A stretch of 32,000 nt of DNA from Haloferax volcanii DS2. Lineage in GTDB: Archaea > Halobacteriota > Halobacteria > Halobacteriales > Haloferacaceae. Below, in pieces: positions 8,458 to 17,872 of this stretch (position 1 is the stretch's first letter; every line of letters starts with the position of its first letter). The notes below the pieces were generated by a model. It did no database searches. It was given only the letters and a program-made list of their open reading frames with translations, and was not told the origin of the DNA. The position numbers were made by a program, and so were the translations under genes. The stretch spans positions 630,001-662,000 of the forward strand of contig NC_013967.1 of NCBI RefSeq assembly GCF_000025685.1, given 5' to 3'.

Positions 8458-9269
8458 TCAGTCGCTCTCGAGGTGGCTCCGGAGCGCGGCGTTCATCGCG
8501 TCGACCGGCGCGTCGCGCCCGGTCCACCGCTCGAAGGCCTCGACGCCCTGCAGGAGGAGCATCCACGCGCCGTCGATGGTGACCGCGCCGGCCGCGGCCG
8601 CCTCGCGGAGGAGTCGCGTTTCAAGCGGCGTGTAGACCGCGTCGAGCACGGCGAGGTCGCCGTGGAGGTACTCCGCGGAGACGGGCGTCTCGTCGGGCGA
8701 CTCCATCCCGACGCTGGTCGCGTTGACGAGGGCGTCCGCCTCCCGAATCCGGTCGAGCGTGTCCAGTCCGCCGCCGGTCGCACCGGGGACGGCCGCGGCG
8801 AGTTCGACCGCGGTTTCGGCGGTCCGGTTGGCGACGTGGACCGACGCGCCGGCGTCGGCGAGGGCGAACGCGGCGGCCCGCCCCGCGCCGCCGGCACCGA
8901 CGACTACGGCCGAGTTCCCGGCGAGGCCCACGCCGTGACGCTCGAAGAGACCGCGTGACGCCCGCCGCGTCGGTGTTGTACCCCTTCGGCGTCTCCCCGC
9001 CGAAATCGACCTGTGTTGACCGCGCCGATTCGCTCGGCAAGCGGGTCGGGGTCGACCAGTTCGAGCACGTCCTGTTTGAACGGGATGGTGACGTTCAGCC
9101 CCGAGACGCCGAGGGCGTCCGCGCCCTCGACGGCCGCCGCGATATCGTCGCGGGCGGGTTCGAACGTGACGTACCGAGCGTCGAGGCCGGTTTCCTCGTA
9201 GGCCGCCTCGTGCATCGGCGGCGACAGCGAGTGGCCGACTGGGTTGCCGACGAGACCGTAGACTTGCAT
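8458..9269 (-). pseudogene. aroE: Shikimate 5-dehydrogenase interrupted by two +1 frameshifts (or by sequence errors)
   Basis: The N-terminal part [24 protein letters not shown]...IGAVNT is in the frame of ORF 8904..9395. The middle part [22 protein letters not shown] is in the frame of ORF 8621..9040. The C-terminal part [28 protein letters not shown]...ALRSHLESD is in the frame of ORF 8458..9456. The frame changes occur near 9010-9011 and 8945-8946. The total span is 812 nt, which equals 810 + 2. Confidence 0.85.
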
Positions 9270-9440
9270 GGGCGGGAGGTGTCTTGCCGAAGATATAACT
9301 CGCCCGCCCGCGTCGGATTCCGCCGGGACCCGACGGCCCCCACAGCGCGGATTTCCACCCGTTCGCTCTCCCGTGATAGATTGTCGCGGATCCATGGTAT
9401 ACCGGCGCGCTTTTAGTCTCCCGTTGGTCTATTCCTGCGT

Positions 9441-10412
9441 ATGTCGGCACTCGCAACCCTGATTTCCTTCGATACCGCGCTCCTCGTGGCGGGTATCGTC
9501 GCGCTCTACCTCGGGGCCGAGGCGCTCGTCGAGGGCGCGTCTCGACTCGCCATCGGCCTCGGTCTCCGGGCGGCCATCGTCGGTGTGACCATCGTCGCGT
9601 TCGCGACGACCACCCCCGAACTCTTCGTCGCAGTCCTGAGCGGCCTGGGCTACAGCTCCGACCTCGGACTCGGCGCTATCGTCGGCTCGAACATCGCCAA
9701 CATTGGTCTCGTCCTCGGAATCTCGGCGCTCATCGAGCCGATGGGCGTCTCGACCGCGACGCTCCGCCGGCACGTCCCGTTCATGATTGCCGCGGCGGTC
9801 GTGCTCGTCGCGCTTGGGATGGACGGGAACCTCAGCGCCGTCGACGGCGGCGTCCTCCTGCTCATCCTCGTCGCGTTCACGGGCTACCTGCTCTACCGGG
9901 CTCGGTCGGCGACGGCAGACGCCATCGGCGCGGACGAAATCGACATCGAGGACGAAGACGAGGTCTCCGCGCAGTTCAAGGACGTGGTCTATCTCGCTCT
10001 CGGCCTGCTTCTCCTGTTCGTCGGCTCGAACTGGCTCATTCAGGGCGGACAGGGACTGCTCGAGTCCTTCGGGTTCGGTCCGCGGTTCATCGGGCTGACC
10101 GTCCTCGCGTTCGGCACGTCGCTGCCGGAACTCGCGGCGTCCGTCATCAGCGCGGTTCGCGGCGAGTCGGAGCTCAGCATCGGCAACGTCGTCGGTTCCA
10201 ACATCTACAACGTCGTCGCCGTCCTCGGCATCCTCGCCATCATGGTTCCCGTGAACGTCCCCCCGAGCACCATCTCGCTGGACTTCCCGGCGCTCCTCGT
10301 GTTCACCTTCGGGGTCATCGCGCTGATGCTCCGCAACCGCGACGTGTCCCGCCTCGACGGCGGCATCCTCGTCGTCGGCTACCTCGTGTTCTTCTGGCTC
10401 ATCCTTCCCTGA
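9441..10412 (+). CDS. Ca2+/cation antiporter, CaCA family (YrbG/NCX-like)
   Basis: 323 aa and about 10 TM segments. The two alpha-repeat signatures are [10 protein letters not shown] and [11 protein letters not shown], joined by an acidic central loop. Confidence 0.88.
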   Translation: MSALATLISFDTALLVAGIVALYLGAEALVEGASRLAIGLGLRAAIVGVTIVAFATTTPELFVAVLSGLGYSSDLGLGAIVGSNIANIGLVLGISALIEPMGVSTATLRRHVPFMIAAAVVLVALGMDGNLSAVDGGVLLLILVAFTGYLLYRARSATADAIGADEIDIEDEDEVSAQFKDVVYLALGLLLLFVGSNWLIQGGQGLLESFGFGPRFIGLTVLAFGTSLPELAASVISAVRGESELSIGNVVGSNIYNVVAVLGILAIMVPVNVPPSTISLDFPALLVFTFGVIALMLRNRDVSRLDGGILVVGYLVFFWLILP

Positions 10413-10509
10413 CGTCCCAAACGGGCGATTTCGACCGTCTCTCGCGCCCGTCTCGGGCCGATTTTGAAACACAAGAGCTACCCGCTTCGGCTTCGGTCTT
10501 GTAGCCGTG

Positions 10510-11862
10510 ATGGGACAACGACGACTCAGCCATCCCCTGACCGCGGTGTTCGGAGCCGCACTTCTGACGGTCCCGTGGCTGGGCCTCCACACGGTGTTCG
10601 GCGTTGACCTCGCGACCGGCGTCACCGTCGCCCTCAGCGGTATCGCCGTTCTCGGGGCCTCGTTCCTCCTCGCGTGGGGCGCGGAGACCGCCGAGGCCGA
10701 CGTGCCGCGGGCGTTCGCTCTCGCCATCCTCGCGGTGCTCGCGGTCGCCCCCGAATACGCCGTTGACGCCCTCTACGCGTGGGAAGCCGGCATCAACCCC
10801 GGCACCCCCGAATCGGCCGAGGCCGCGAGCCTCGCCGTCGCCAACATGACCGGCGCGAACCGCATCCTCATCGGTATCGGCTGGTCCGCAATCGCGCTCT
10901 TCACCGTCTATCGCGCCCGTGACACCGGCGACGAGGCGGTCGAGTCTCGTCCCGGCTTCCTCGCGGACGTGGTCCGACTCGACCACGGCATCGCGACGGA
11001 GATTCTGTTTCTCTTCGCCGCGACCGTGTTCGCCTTCTTCGTCCCGCTCGGGGCGGGAATCGGCGCGGTCGACATGTTCGTCCTCGTCGGACTCTACGTC
11101 GCGTACATCTTCGTGGCGATGAACTCGCCGCACGAGGACGAAGAGCAAATCGGCGTGCCCGCGTACCTCCAGTCGTACCGGAAACCCAAGCGCATCGCCA
11201 CGACCCTCTCGCTGTTCGTCTTCTCGGGCATCGTCATCCTCGTCGCCGTCGAGCCGTTCGCTCACGGCCTCGAAGCCCTCGGGAAGTCGGTCGGCATCCC
11301 GTCGTTCCTGATGATTCAGTGGGTCGCGCCGCTGGCGAGCGAGAGCCCCGAACTCATCGTCGTGGCCTACCTCGTCAACAAGGCGCGGTCGACCGCCGGC
11401 TTCAACGCGCTCATCTCCTCGAAGCTCAACCAGTGGACGCTCCTCATCGGGACGCTCGTGCTCGTCTACAGCCTCTCGCTCGGCTACTACGGGCCGCTTC
11501 CGCTCGACACCCACCAGATGGGCGAACTCTGGCTGACGGCCGCCCAGAGCTACTTCGCCATCGCCATCCTCATCACGTTCTCCATCAGCCTCCGCGAGGC
11601 GGTCGCCCTGCTCGGACTCTTCTTGGCACAGTTCGTCTACTCCGTCACCGGACTGGCGCTCACGCTCCCGATTCCGGGACTCGGCGCGGTCACCTTCGAC
11701 GGCGCAACCTCGCTCATCGGCTTCTCCGTCGTCTATCTGGTCGTCGGAACAACGCTTTTCGTCCGGCGGCGCGAGCAACTCGCCGCGGTGGCAAAGCTCT
11801 CCGTTCGACGCGTTCGCGGCGACTACGGCGCGAACGAGATTCCGGCCGCGGTCGAAGACTGA
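10510..11862 (+). CDS. Second, longer CaCA-superfamily cation antiporter-like membrane protein
   Basis: Track ORF 10507..11862 starts at GTG; an ATG lies at 10510. The protein is polytopic. Exchanger-like acidic motifs are WGAETAEADVP and LASESPELIVV. Confidence 0.75.
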   Translation: MGQRRLSHPLTAVFGAALLTVPWLGLHTVFGVDLATGVTVALSGIAVLGASFLLAWGAETAEADVPRAFALAILAVLAVAPEYAVDALYAWEAGINPGTPESAEAASLAVANMTGANRILIGIGWSAIALFTVYRARDTGDEAVESRPGFLADVVRLDHGIATEILFLFAATVFAFFVPLGAGIGAVDMFVLVGLYVAYIFVAMNSPHEDEEQIGVPAYLQSYRKPKRIATTLSLFVFSGIVILVAVEPFAHGLEALGKSVGIPSFLMIQWVAPLASESPELIVVAYLVNKARSTAGFNALISSKLNQWTLLIGTLVLVYSLSLGYYGPLPLDTHQMGELWLTAAQSYFAIAILITFSISLREAVALLGLFLAQFVYSVTGLALTLPIPGLGAVTFDGATSLIGFSVVYLVVGTTLFVRRREQLAAVAKLSVRRVRGDYGANEIPAAVED

Positions 11863-11919
11863 CCGGTTCCCCTCGCCGCTTCCGACGCCCTTTTCGCCGA
11901 CCTCGGCGACCCTCGTATC

Positions 11920-13239
11920 GTGATTGGAATCGTCGTCAGCCGCGCCGACAGCGCATCGGTTCACATCGGCGAGCACCTGCTCGAACTCGCCGACTGGGAC
12001 GAACGGACCGACGGGGACCGACCCGACGCCGACGGCGGCGGCACCGTCTTCTCCCGGGACGGCTTCGAACTCCGGGAGTTCGACGACCTACATATCGACC
12101 TCGACGACCCCGCCGAGGCGTTCGACGCCGACCTCGACCTCGTCGTCGTCGTCTCCCGGCACGCCGGCGAGACCGGCGCGCTCCTGACCGCGCACTTCAC
12201 CGGGAACTTCGGCCCCGCCGACTACGGCGGCGAGCCGGGGCGGTTCGCCCGCGCGTGCCCCAACGCCCAGCGCGCCGTCATCGAGGCGCTCCGCGAGCGC
12301 GCGCCCGACGACTACGAGGTCGGCATCGAGGCGACCCACCACGGCCCGACCGAGCCGACGGTCCCCTCGATGTTCGTCGAGCTCGGGAGCGACGAAGAGC
12401 AGTGGGGAGACCCCGAGGGAGCCCGCGCCGTCGCGGCGGCCGTTCTCGACATCGAAGGCGTCGCGCCCGACGCGGACCGCCAACTCGTCGGCTTCGGCGG
12501 CGGCCACTACGCCCCGCGGTTCGAGCGCGTCCTCAACGAGACCGACTGGCGCGTCGGCCACATCGCCGCCGACTGGCAGCTCAAGGCGATGGGCGCGCCC
12601 GAGAACAACCGCGACGTGCTCCGCCGGGCGTTCGAGGCCTCCGCGGCCGACCTCGCGCTGGTCGACGGCGACCGCGACGACCTCGCGGCCGCCCTCGAAG
12701 CCGAGGGGTTCCGGGTCGTCTCCGAGACGTGGGTCCGCGAGACCGCGGGCGTCCCCCTCGACCGCGTCGCCGCCCTCGAAGCCGACGTCACGACCGTCGA
12801 GGAGGGGCTCCGCTTCGGCGCGCGCGTCGACGCCGGCGACTACGAGGTCGTCTCGCTGCCCGACGGCCTGCTCGGCGAGGCGCAAGGCATCGACCTCGAC
12901 GCCGCGCTCTCCGCCGTCCGCGAGACCACCGTCGCCTTCCACACGACCGAGGGCGGCACGCGAGCGGTGGGCCGCGCCGCGGTCGCGGGCGACGGCTACG
13001 ACGAACTCGCGTCGCGGCTCTGCGACGTGCTGCGCGAGAAACACGACAGCGTCGTCCGCGACGACGGGGCGGTCACGGCGACCACGCGCGCCTTCGACCC
13101 CGCCGCCGCACGCGAGTTCGGCGTCCCCGAGGGGCCGGCGTTCGGCAAGCTCTCGGCCGGGCAGTCCGTCGAGGTCGACGGCGAGACCGTCGCGCCCGAG
13201 GACGTGTCGAAAGAGCGACTCGTCGAGTTCTCGGTGTAG
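11920..13239 (+). CDS. dtdA: D-aminoacyl-tRNA deacylase, archaeal DtdA type
   Basis: A GTG start gives MIGIVVSRADSASVHIGEHLLE... Other motifs are VVVSRHAGETG, IEATHHGPT and FGGGHYAPRF. The 439-aa length is typical of haloarchaeal DtdA with a C-terminal extension. Confidence 0.85.
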   Translation: MIGIVVSRADSASVHIGEHLLELADWDERTDGDRPDADGGGTVFSRDGFELREFDDLHIDLDDPAEAFDADLDLVVVVSRHAGETGALLTAHFTGNFGPADYGGEPGRFARACPNAQRAVIEALRERAPDDYEVGIEATHHGPTEPTVPSMFVELGSDEEQWGDPEGARAVAAAVLDIEGVAPDADRQLVGFGGGHYAPRFERVLNETDWRVGHIAADWQLKAMGAPENNRDVLRRAFEASAADLALVDGDRDDLAAALEAEGFRVVSETWVRETAGVPLDRVAALEADVTTVEEGLRFGARVDAGDYEVVSLPDGLLGEAQGIDLDAALSAVRETTVAFHTTEGGTRAVGRAAVAGDGYDELASRLCDVLREKHDSVVRDDGAVTATTRAFDPAAAREFGVPEGPAFGKLSAGQSVEVDGETVAPEDVSKERLVEFSV

Positions 13240-13396
13240 TCGCCATCGGGAGGCGGCCGACCGTTTCGGCCGGAGAGACGGTCTGTGCCGCGGGCTCACA
13301 TGTCACGTTTCGGCACGAATCGACGGCGCGTCGGACAGATGTCTGACGCAAGGGGGAAAGATAATTAGTCGTCCTCCGTAAACCGTCTCCATAAAT

Positions 13397-14536
13397 ATGG
13401 ACTCTATCGTCGGCGACGCAATTGACGAGGCCGAGGCCGAGGACATGGGGGATGAGTCGGCTCAGGTCGACGGCGCGGCCAACATCAACCGGTCCGGGAC
13501 GATGACTGACGACGAACTGAAAGCGGTTCTCAAAGACCTCCAGACCAACATCACGGTGGTCGGGTGCGGCGGTGCCGGCGGTAACACCGTCAACCGGATG
13601 CACGAGGAGGGAATCAAGGGGGCGAAGCTCGTCGCCGCCAACACCGACGTGCAGCACCTCGTGGAAATCGGGGCCGATACGAAGATTCTCATGGGCGAGC
13701 AGAAGACCCAAGGCCGCGGCGCGGGCTCGCTCCCGCAGGTCGGTGAGGAGGCCGCCCTCGAATCCCAAGAGGAGATTTACGACGCCATCGAGGGCTCCGA
13801 CATGGTGTTCGTCACCGCCGGACTCGGCGGCGGCACCGGCACCGGTTCGGCTCCCGTCGTCGCCAAGGCGGCCCGCGAGTCGGGCGCGCTCACCATCGCC
13901 ATCGTCACGACGCCCTTTACGGCCGAAGGCGAGGTACGACGGACGAACGCCGAGGCCGGTCTCGAACGGCTCCGCGACGTGTCGGACACGGTCATCGTCG
14001 TCCCGAACGACCGCCTGCTCGACGCCGTGGGCAAACTCCCCGTCCGGCAGGCGTTCAAGGTCTCCGACGAGGTGCTGATGCGCTCGGTCAAGGGCATCAC
14101 CGAACTCATCACTAAGCCCGGTCTCGTCAACCTCGACTTCGCCGACGTGAAGACCGTCATGGAGCGCGGCGGCGTCGCCATGATCGGTCTCGGCGAGTCC
14201 GACTCCGAGTCCAAGGCTCAGGAGTCCGTCAAGTCCGCCCTCCGCTCGCCGCTTCTTGACGTGGACATCTCCGGCGCGAACTCCGCGCTCGTCAACGTCA
14301 CCGGCGGTTCGGACATGAGCATCGAGGAGGCCGAGGGCGTCGTCGAGGAGATTTACGACCGCATCGACCCCGACGCGCGCATCATCTGGGGGACCTCCGT
14401 CGACGACGAACTCGAAGGCATGATGCGGACGATGATCGTCGTCACCGGCGTCGAGTCGCCCCAAATCTACGGCCGCAACGGCGAGGCACAGGCGCACGCC
14501 GAAGAGCGTCTCGAAGACATCGACTACGTCGAGTAG
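13397..14536 (+). CDS. ftsZ1: Cell division GTPase FtsZ (FtsZ1-type)
   Basis: 379 aa. Tubulin/FtsZ motifs are [30 protein letters not shown] and NTDVQHL. The conserved ftsZ-secE-nusG arrangement supports the call. A TATA-like GATAATTAG lies about 30 nt upstream. Confidence 0.95.
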
Positions 14537-14617
14537 TCGAGCCGTCCCGCACGCACCGCGCTCGCGGTCTCGACGCGCTCCCTTTTCGCTCCGCTCAGGT
14601 TCCGCATAGCGGCGTCA

Positions 14618-14638
14618 CGCCGTCGAATCCGGCGTTTT
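14618..14638 (+). terminator. Hairpin plus T-run downstream of ftsZ1
   Basis: CGCCG-TCGAATC-CGGCG is followed by TTTT. An earlier T-run (CCTTTTCG) sits at 14583-14586. Confidence 0.4.
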
Positions 14639-14716
14639 CGCCCGCGTTCGACTCCGAATCCCACCCGCCGGTGCATCAATAGATAGAAAAAGCCCGACAC
14701 CGTAGGCCCCAGCAAC

Positions 14717-14890
14717 ATGGACGTCAAGTACGATCTGAACAGCTACGTTCGCGTGTTGAAACTCGCGAGCACCCCGTCCTGGCAGGAGTTCTCCCAAATC
14801 TCCAAGATCGCCGGCGCGGGTATCTTCCTCGTCGGACTGCTCGGCTTCATCATCTTCGCGGTCATGAGCTTCCTCCCCGGAGGGGTCTGA
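14717..14890 (+). CDS. secE: Protein translocase subunit SecE (Sec61 gamma)
   Basis: This gene is absent from the ORF track at 57 aa. Hand translation gives [57 protein letters not shown], with a single C-terminal TM. The stop lies 1 nt before the nusG ATG. Confidence 0.85.
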   Translation: MDVKYDLNSYVRVLKLASTPSWQEFSQISKIAGAGIFLVGLLGFIIFAVMSFLPGGV

Positions 14891-14891
14891 G

Positions 14892-15344
14892 ATGCCCATC
14901 TTCGCCGTGAAGACCACTGCTCGCCAGGAGCAGACGGTTGCGGACATGATCGCGACGAAGGAGTTCGAACAGATTCACGCCGTCCTCGCGCCCGACTCGC
15001 TCACGAGCTACGTGATGGTCGAGGCCGACGACGACGGCATCGTCACGCGTGTCCTCGAAGAGATTCCCCACGCTCGCGGCCTCGTCGAGAGCGGCGGCGC
15101 GGTCGGCACCTCCAGCATGGCCGAAGTCGAGCACTTCCTCTCGCCGACGCCGGACGTGGAGGGTATCGCGGAGGGCGACATCGTCGAGCTCATCGCCGGC
15201 CCGTTCAAAGGCGAGAAGGCGCGCGTCCAGCGCATCGACGAGACGAAAGACCAGGTCACCGTCGAACTGTACGAGGCGACGGTTCCGATTCCGGTCACCG
15301 TCCGCGGCGACCAGATTCGCGTCCTCGACTCCGAAGAGCGGTAA
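14892..15344 (+). CDS. nusG: Transcription elongation factor Spt5 (NusG)
   Basis: 150 aa starting [20 protein letters not shown]... (NGN domain). The KOW motif is [22 protein letters not shown]. Confidence 0.92.
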   Translation: MPIFAVKTTARQEQTVADMIATKEFEQIHAVLAPDSLTSYVMVEADDDGIVTRVLEEIPHARGLVESGGAVGTSSMAEVEHFLSPTPDVEGIAEGDIVELIAGPFKGEKARVQRIDETKDQVTVELYEATVPIPVTVRGDQIRVLDSEER

Positions 15345-15364
15345 GCGTCCGCCCCGACGAAGGG

Positions 15365-15382
15365 TTCTTCTCTCTCAGTTTT
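15365..15382 (+). terminator. Pyrimidine/T-rich tract after nusG
   Basis: TTCTTCTCTCTCAGTTTT begins about 20 nt after the stop. Confidence 0.45.
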
Positions 15383-15524
15383 CGGCTCGACGCAGCGCGT
15401 GACGAGCGGTGTAGCGACGCGTCCCCGGCGACTCCCATGTCCCCTGACAGTCCCCGACGAGCACCGTCTCGGGCGAGCAGCGTCGCGTCCCACCGCGACC
15501 GCGACCCGCCGGTCTCGCGTGGTC

Positions 15525-15827
15525 TTACAGCGCGCCCCGCTCGCGGAGCGTCTCGACGACGCTGTTGAGGTCCGCGTCCGCCTCGACGGCGTCTTTCACG
15601 TCCTCGCGGATGCGGACGGCCGAGGAATCGGCGTCGTACGCGCGGACGAACTCGGCGCGGGTGTGCTCGTCGAAGGCGTGGCGAATCGCGAAGTAGCCCT
15701 CGGGAACGACCGTCCCACACACCTTGCACTCGTGGCGCTCGTGGTCCACCGTCTGGTGGATGACCGCGCTTTCCACGTCTTCGAACCGACCGTCACACCC
15801 TTCGATGCCGCACTTCCACCGGGACAT
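15525..15827 (-). CDS. Small protein with two C2H2-type zinc-finger motifs
   Basis: ATG at 15827 gives MSRWKCGIEGCDGRFEDVESAVIHQTVDHERHECKVCGTVVPEGYFAIRHAFDEH..., which is two C-x(2-4)-C-x(12)-H-x(4-5)-H units. The tail is acidic. The upstream part of track ORF 15525..15893 is probably not translated. Confidence 0.7.
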   Translation of the reverse strand: MSRWKCGIEGCDGRFEDVESAVIHQTVDHERHECKVCGTVVPEGYFAIRHAFDEHTRAEFVRAYDADSSAVRIREDVKDAVEADADLNSVVETLRERGAL

Positions 15828-15925
15828 GTTCCCCCTGACGGCCGTGAGCCACAAAACCGTTTCTTCGACCGGCCGCCGTTCGACAAATAGCAACCACTAA
15901 CTGGTGGCTGACCCGACCGTATCGT

Positions 15926-16690
15926 GTGAGCGCGACCACGACGACGCGGGTCGATATGCACGTGAAGATCCTCGACGAGCGGGTGGTCTCGCGCGCGAAA
16001 GCCCGCGGCATCGACGTGCTCGTCTACGCGCCGCACTTCGTCCGCCTGCCCGACGCTCGCGCCCGCGCGGAGCGATTCTCCGACGACGACCTGCTCGTCG
16101 TCCCCGCCCGCGAGGTGTTCGCGGGGTCGTGGCGCGACCGCAAACACGTCCTCGCGGTCGGGCTCTCGGACCCCGTTCCCGACTTCATCACTCTCGACGG
16201 AGCCTTCGCGGAGTTCGACCGGCAGGGCGCGGCGACGCTCGTCCCCCACCCGACGTTCCTGACGGTGAGTCTCACCGCCGAGGACGTGGCCGCCCGCCGC
16301 GACGACATCGACGCCGTCGAGACGTACAACACGAAGGCCCTGCCGCGGGACAACCGCCGCGGGCGCGACATCGCCCGCGAGACGGGGCTGCCCGGCTTCG
16401 CGTCGTCGTACGCGCACCTCCGTGGCACCGTCGGTGAGGCGTGGACCGAGTTCGACCGCGACATCGACTCCGAGGCCGACCTCGTCGCCGCGCTCCGCGA
16501 GGGGGCCGAACGTCGGGTCGTCCGCCGCACCGGCGTCTCCCACGGGTTCCGCGGCGCGGCCGAGTTCGCCCACCTCGGCTACGAGAACTCGTGGGGGAAA
16601 ATCGACCGACTCCTGCTCTCGGGGATGGAGCCGACACACCCGGATCACATCGCCTACGACGGCCGGTTCGACGACGTGAGCGTCTACTGA
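15926..16690 (+). CDS. PHP-domain-like metal-dependent phosphoesterase
   Basis: 254 aa with a GTG start. The N-terminal RVDMHVKILDERVV resembles PHP motif I, with Lys in place of the second His. Further motifs are VYAPHF, LVPHP and ETYN. The family assignment is moderate. Confidence 0.65.
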   Translation: MSATTTTRVDMHVKILDERVVSRAKARGIDVLVYAPHFVRLPDARARAERFSDDDLLVVPAREVFAGSWRDRKHVLAVGLSDPVPDFITLDGAFAEFDRQGAATLVPHPTFLTVSLTAEDVAARRDDIDAVETYNTKALPRDNRRGRDIARETGLPGFASSYAHLRGTVGEAWTEFDRDIDSEADLVAALREGAERRVVRRTGVSHGFRGAAEFAHLGYENSWGKIDRLLLSGMEPTHPDHIAYDGRFDDVSVY

Positions 16691-16746
16691 TTCGCAACAT
16701 ATCTTCGAGCGCGCCCGACCGCGCCAGCGTTGCGGCCGCCCCGCCC

Positions 16747-17271
16747 TCAGACCACCGCGGTGAACGACGCCGCGGCGTCCGCGAGGGACACGTCGAGCGA
16801 AAAGAGGAAGTAGTGGACGCCCGCGAGAACGCCGAGTTCGGCGACCGTGACGACGACGGTCACCGCGTCGGCGTGTTTCGAACTGGTCGCCACGCCGGTC
16901 GGCAGGTCGTACTCCTGCGGCGACAGCGGGTAGAACAGCGCGATGCCGCGCTTCGAGCCGACCATGTCGAGGACGTAGTGGGTGGCGACGCCAATCCAGA
17001 CGAACTGGAGGTTGTCGAAGACGAGCGGGAACGCGAGGAATATCACCAGCACCGGGAGGTTGTGGAGCGTCTTGCGGTGCTTGCCGAAGGCGGTGTCCAC
17101 GTCGGGAAACAGCGCGCCGAGGACGACCGGAAGCGACAGTTGACCGATTTTCTGAGCGAGGAGGAACGCCGAATCCATCGTCGGTTCGAACGACTGCGGG
17201 TCCACGGTGAGGATGACGCCGAGCCCGAGCGCCAACAGGATGGCGTTGAGCACGTGTCCCTTCTTGTTCAT
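16747..17271 (-). CDS. Membrane-bound metal-dependent hydrolase, YdjM/DUF457-like
   Basis: ATG at 17271 gives MNKKGHVLNAILLALGLGVIL... Also present are FPDVDTAFGKHRKTLHN and ATHYVLDM. The protein has about 4 TM segments. Confidence 0.7.
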   Translation of the reverse strand: MNKKGHVLNAILLALGLGVILTVDPQSFEPTMDSAFLLAQKIGQLSLPVVLGALFPDVDTAFGKHRKTLHNLPVLVIFLAFPLVFDNLQFVWIGVATHYVLDMVGSKRGIALFYPLSPQEYDLPTGVATSSKHADAVTVVVTVAELGVLAGVHYFLFSLDVSLADAAASFTAVV

Positions 17272-17341
17272 GGATGCAGACTGATCCGGCGGGATACAAA
17301 TCTTTCCCACGGAACCGACCGACGGCGGCCGTGCGGCCGGC

Positions 17342-17872
17342 TCAGCCGGTCGTGACGGACTCGGATTCGATTTCCTCGCGGAGGAGCGCCAGCGCCCCGC
17401 GCGCAATCCGTTCTTTCACCTGCGTCCGCGACCCGTCGTACTCGAAGCGCTCGACGCGGGCGTAGGAGTCGCCGGACCCCCACGGCGCGGCGAAGGCGAC
17501 GCCGACGAAGACGGTGCCGACCGGCTTGCCGGGGAGGCCGCCCTCCGGCCCGGCGATGCCCGTCGTCGCCAGCCCCCACGTCGCGTCGGCCACGTCGCGG
17601 ACGCCGGCGGCCATCTCACGGGCGACGGCCTCGGAGACGGCCCCGTGTTCGTCCAGCGACTCCCGCGAGACCGCCAGTTCGTGGCGCTTGGCGTCGTAGG
17701 AGTAGGTGACGAGCGAGCGGTCGAAGTAGTCGCTGGAGCCGGGCACGTCGGTCAGGAGCGACCCGATGAGGCCGCCGGTACAGGACTCCGCGACGGCGAC
17801 GGTGTGGCCCGCCTCGCGGAGGGCGTCGCCGGCGCGGACCTCCTCGGGCGGGTCGGATGCGAACTCGCGCAT
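17342..17872 (-). CDS. CinA C-terminal domain protein / nicotinamide-nucleotide amidase (PncC-like)
   Basis: ATG at 17872 gives MREFASDPPEEV... Motifs are VAVAESCTGGLIGSLLTDVPGSSDYF, TTGIAGP and GKPVGTVFVG. Confidence 0.85.
   Translation of the reverse strand: MREFASDPPEEVRAGDALREAGHTVAVAESCTGGLIGSLLTDVPGSSDYFDRSLVTYSYDAKRHELAVSRESLDEHGAVSEAVAREMAAGVRDVADATWGLATTGIAGPEGGLPGKPVGTVFVGVAFAAPWGSGDSYARVERFEYDGSRTQVKERIARGALALLREEIESESVTTG

Noticed and set aside
8900-9030. Programmed ribosomal frameshifting or recoding in aroE
   Set aside because: No slippery heptamer or stimulatory structure is evident at either site. Two same-direction +1 events 65 nt apart have no precedent that I know of. Mutation or sequencing indels in dinucleotide runs is the simpler explanation.
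11319-13346. A 675-aa ORF on the + strand, the longest in the track
   Set aside because: It is extremely Arg/Pro-rich (RRRPRRR...) and has no motifs. It lies in an alternative frame of dtdA (11920..13239), whose acidic product has clear family motifs. This is a typical high-GC frame artefact.
14618-14634. A T-arm-like hairpin CGCCG-TCGAATC-CGGCG as part of a tRNA
   Set aside because: The loop lacks the TTC start of a T-loop, and no other cloverleaf elements are nearby. Because TTTT follows it downstream of ftsZ1, it fits a terminator better.
15596-17299. A 567-aa ORF on the - strand spanning the zinc-finger, PHP and YdjM regions
   Set aside because: Its composition is Arg/Gly/Pro-rich and non-halophilic. 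It overlaps three well-supported genes on both strands and carries no recognisable domain.
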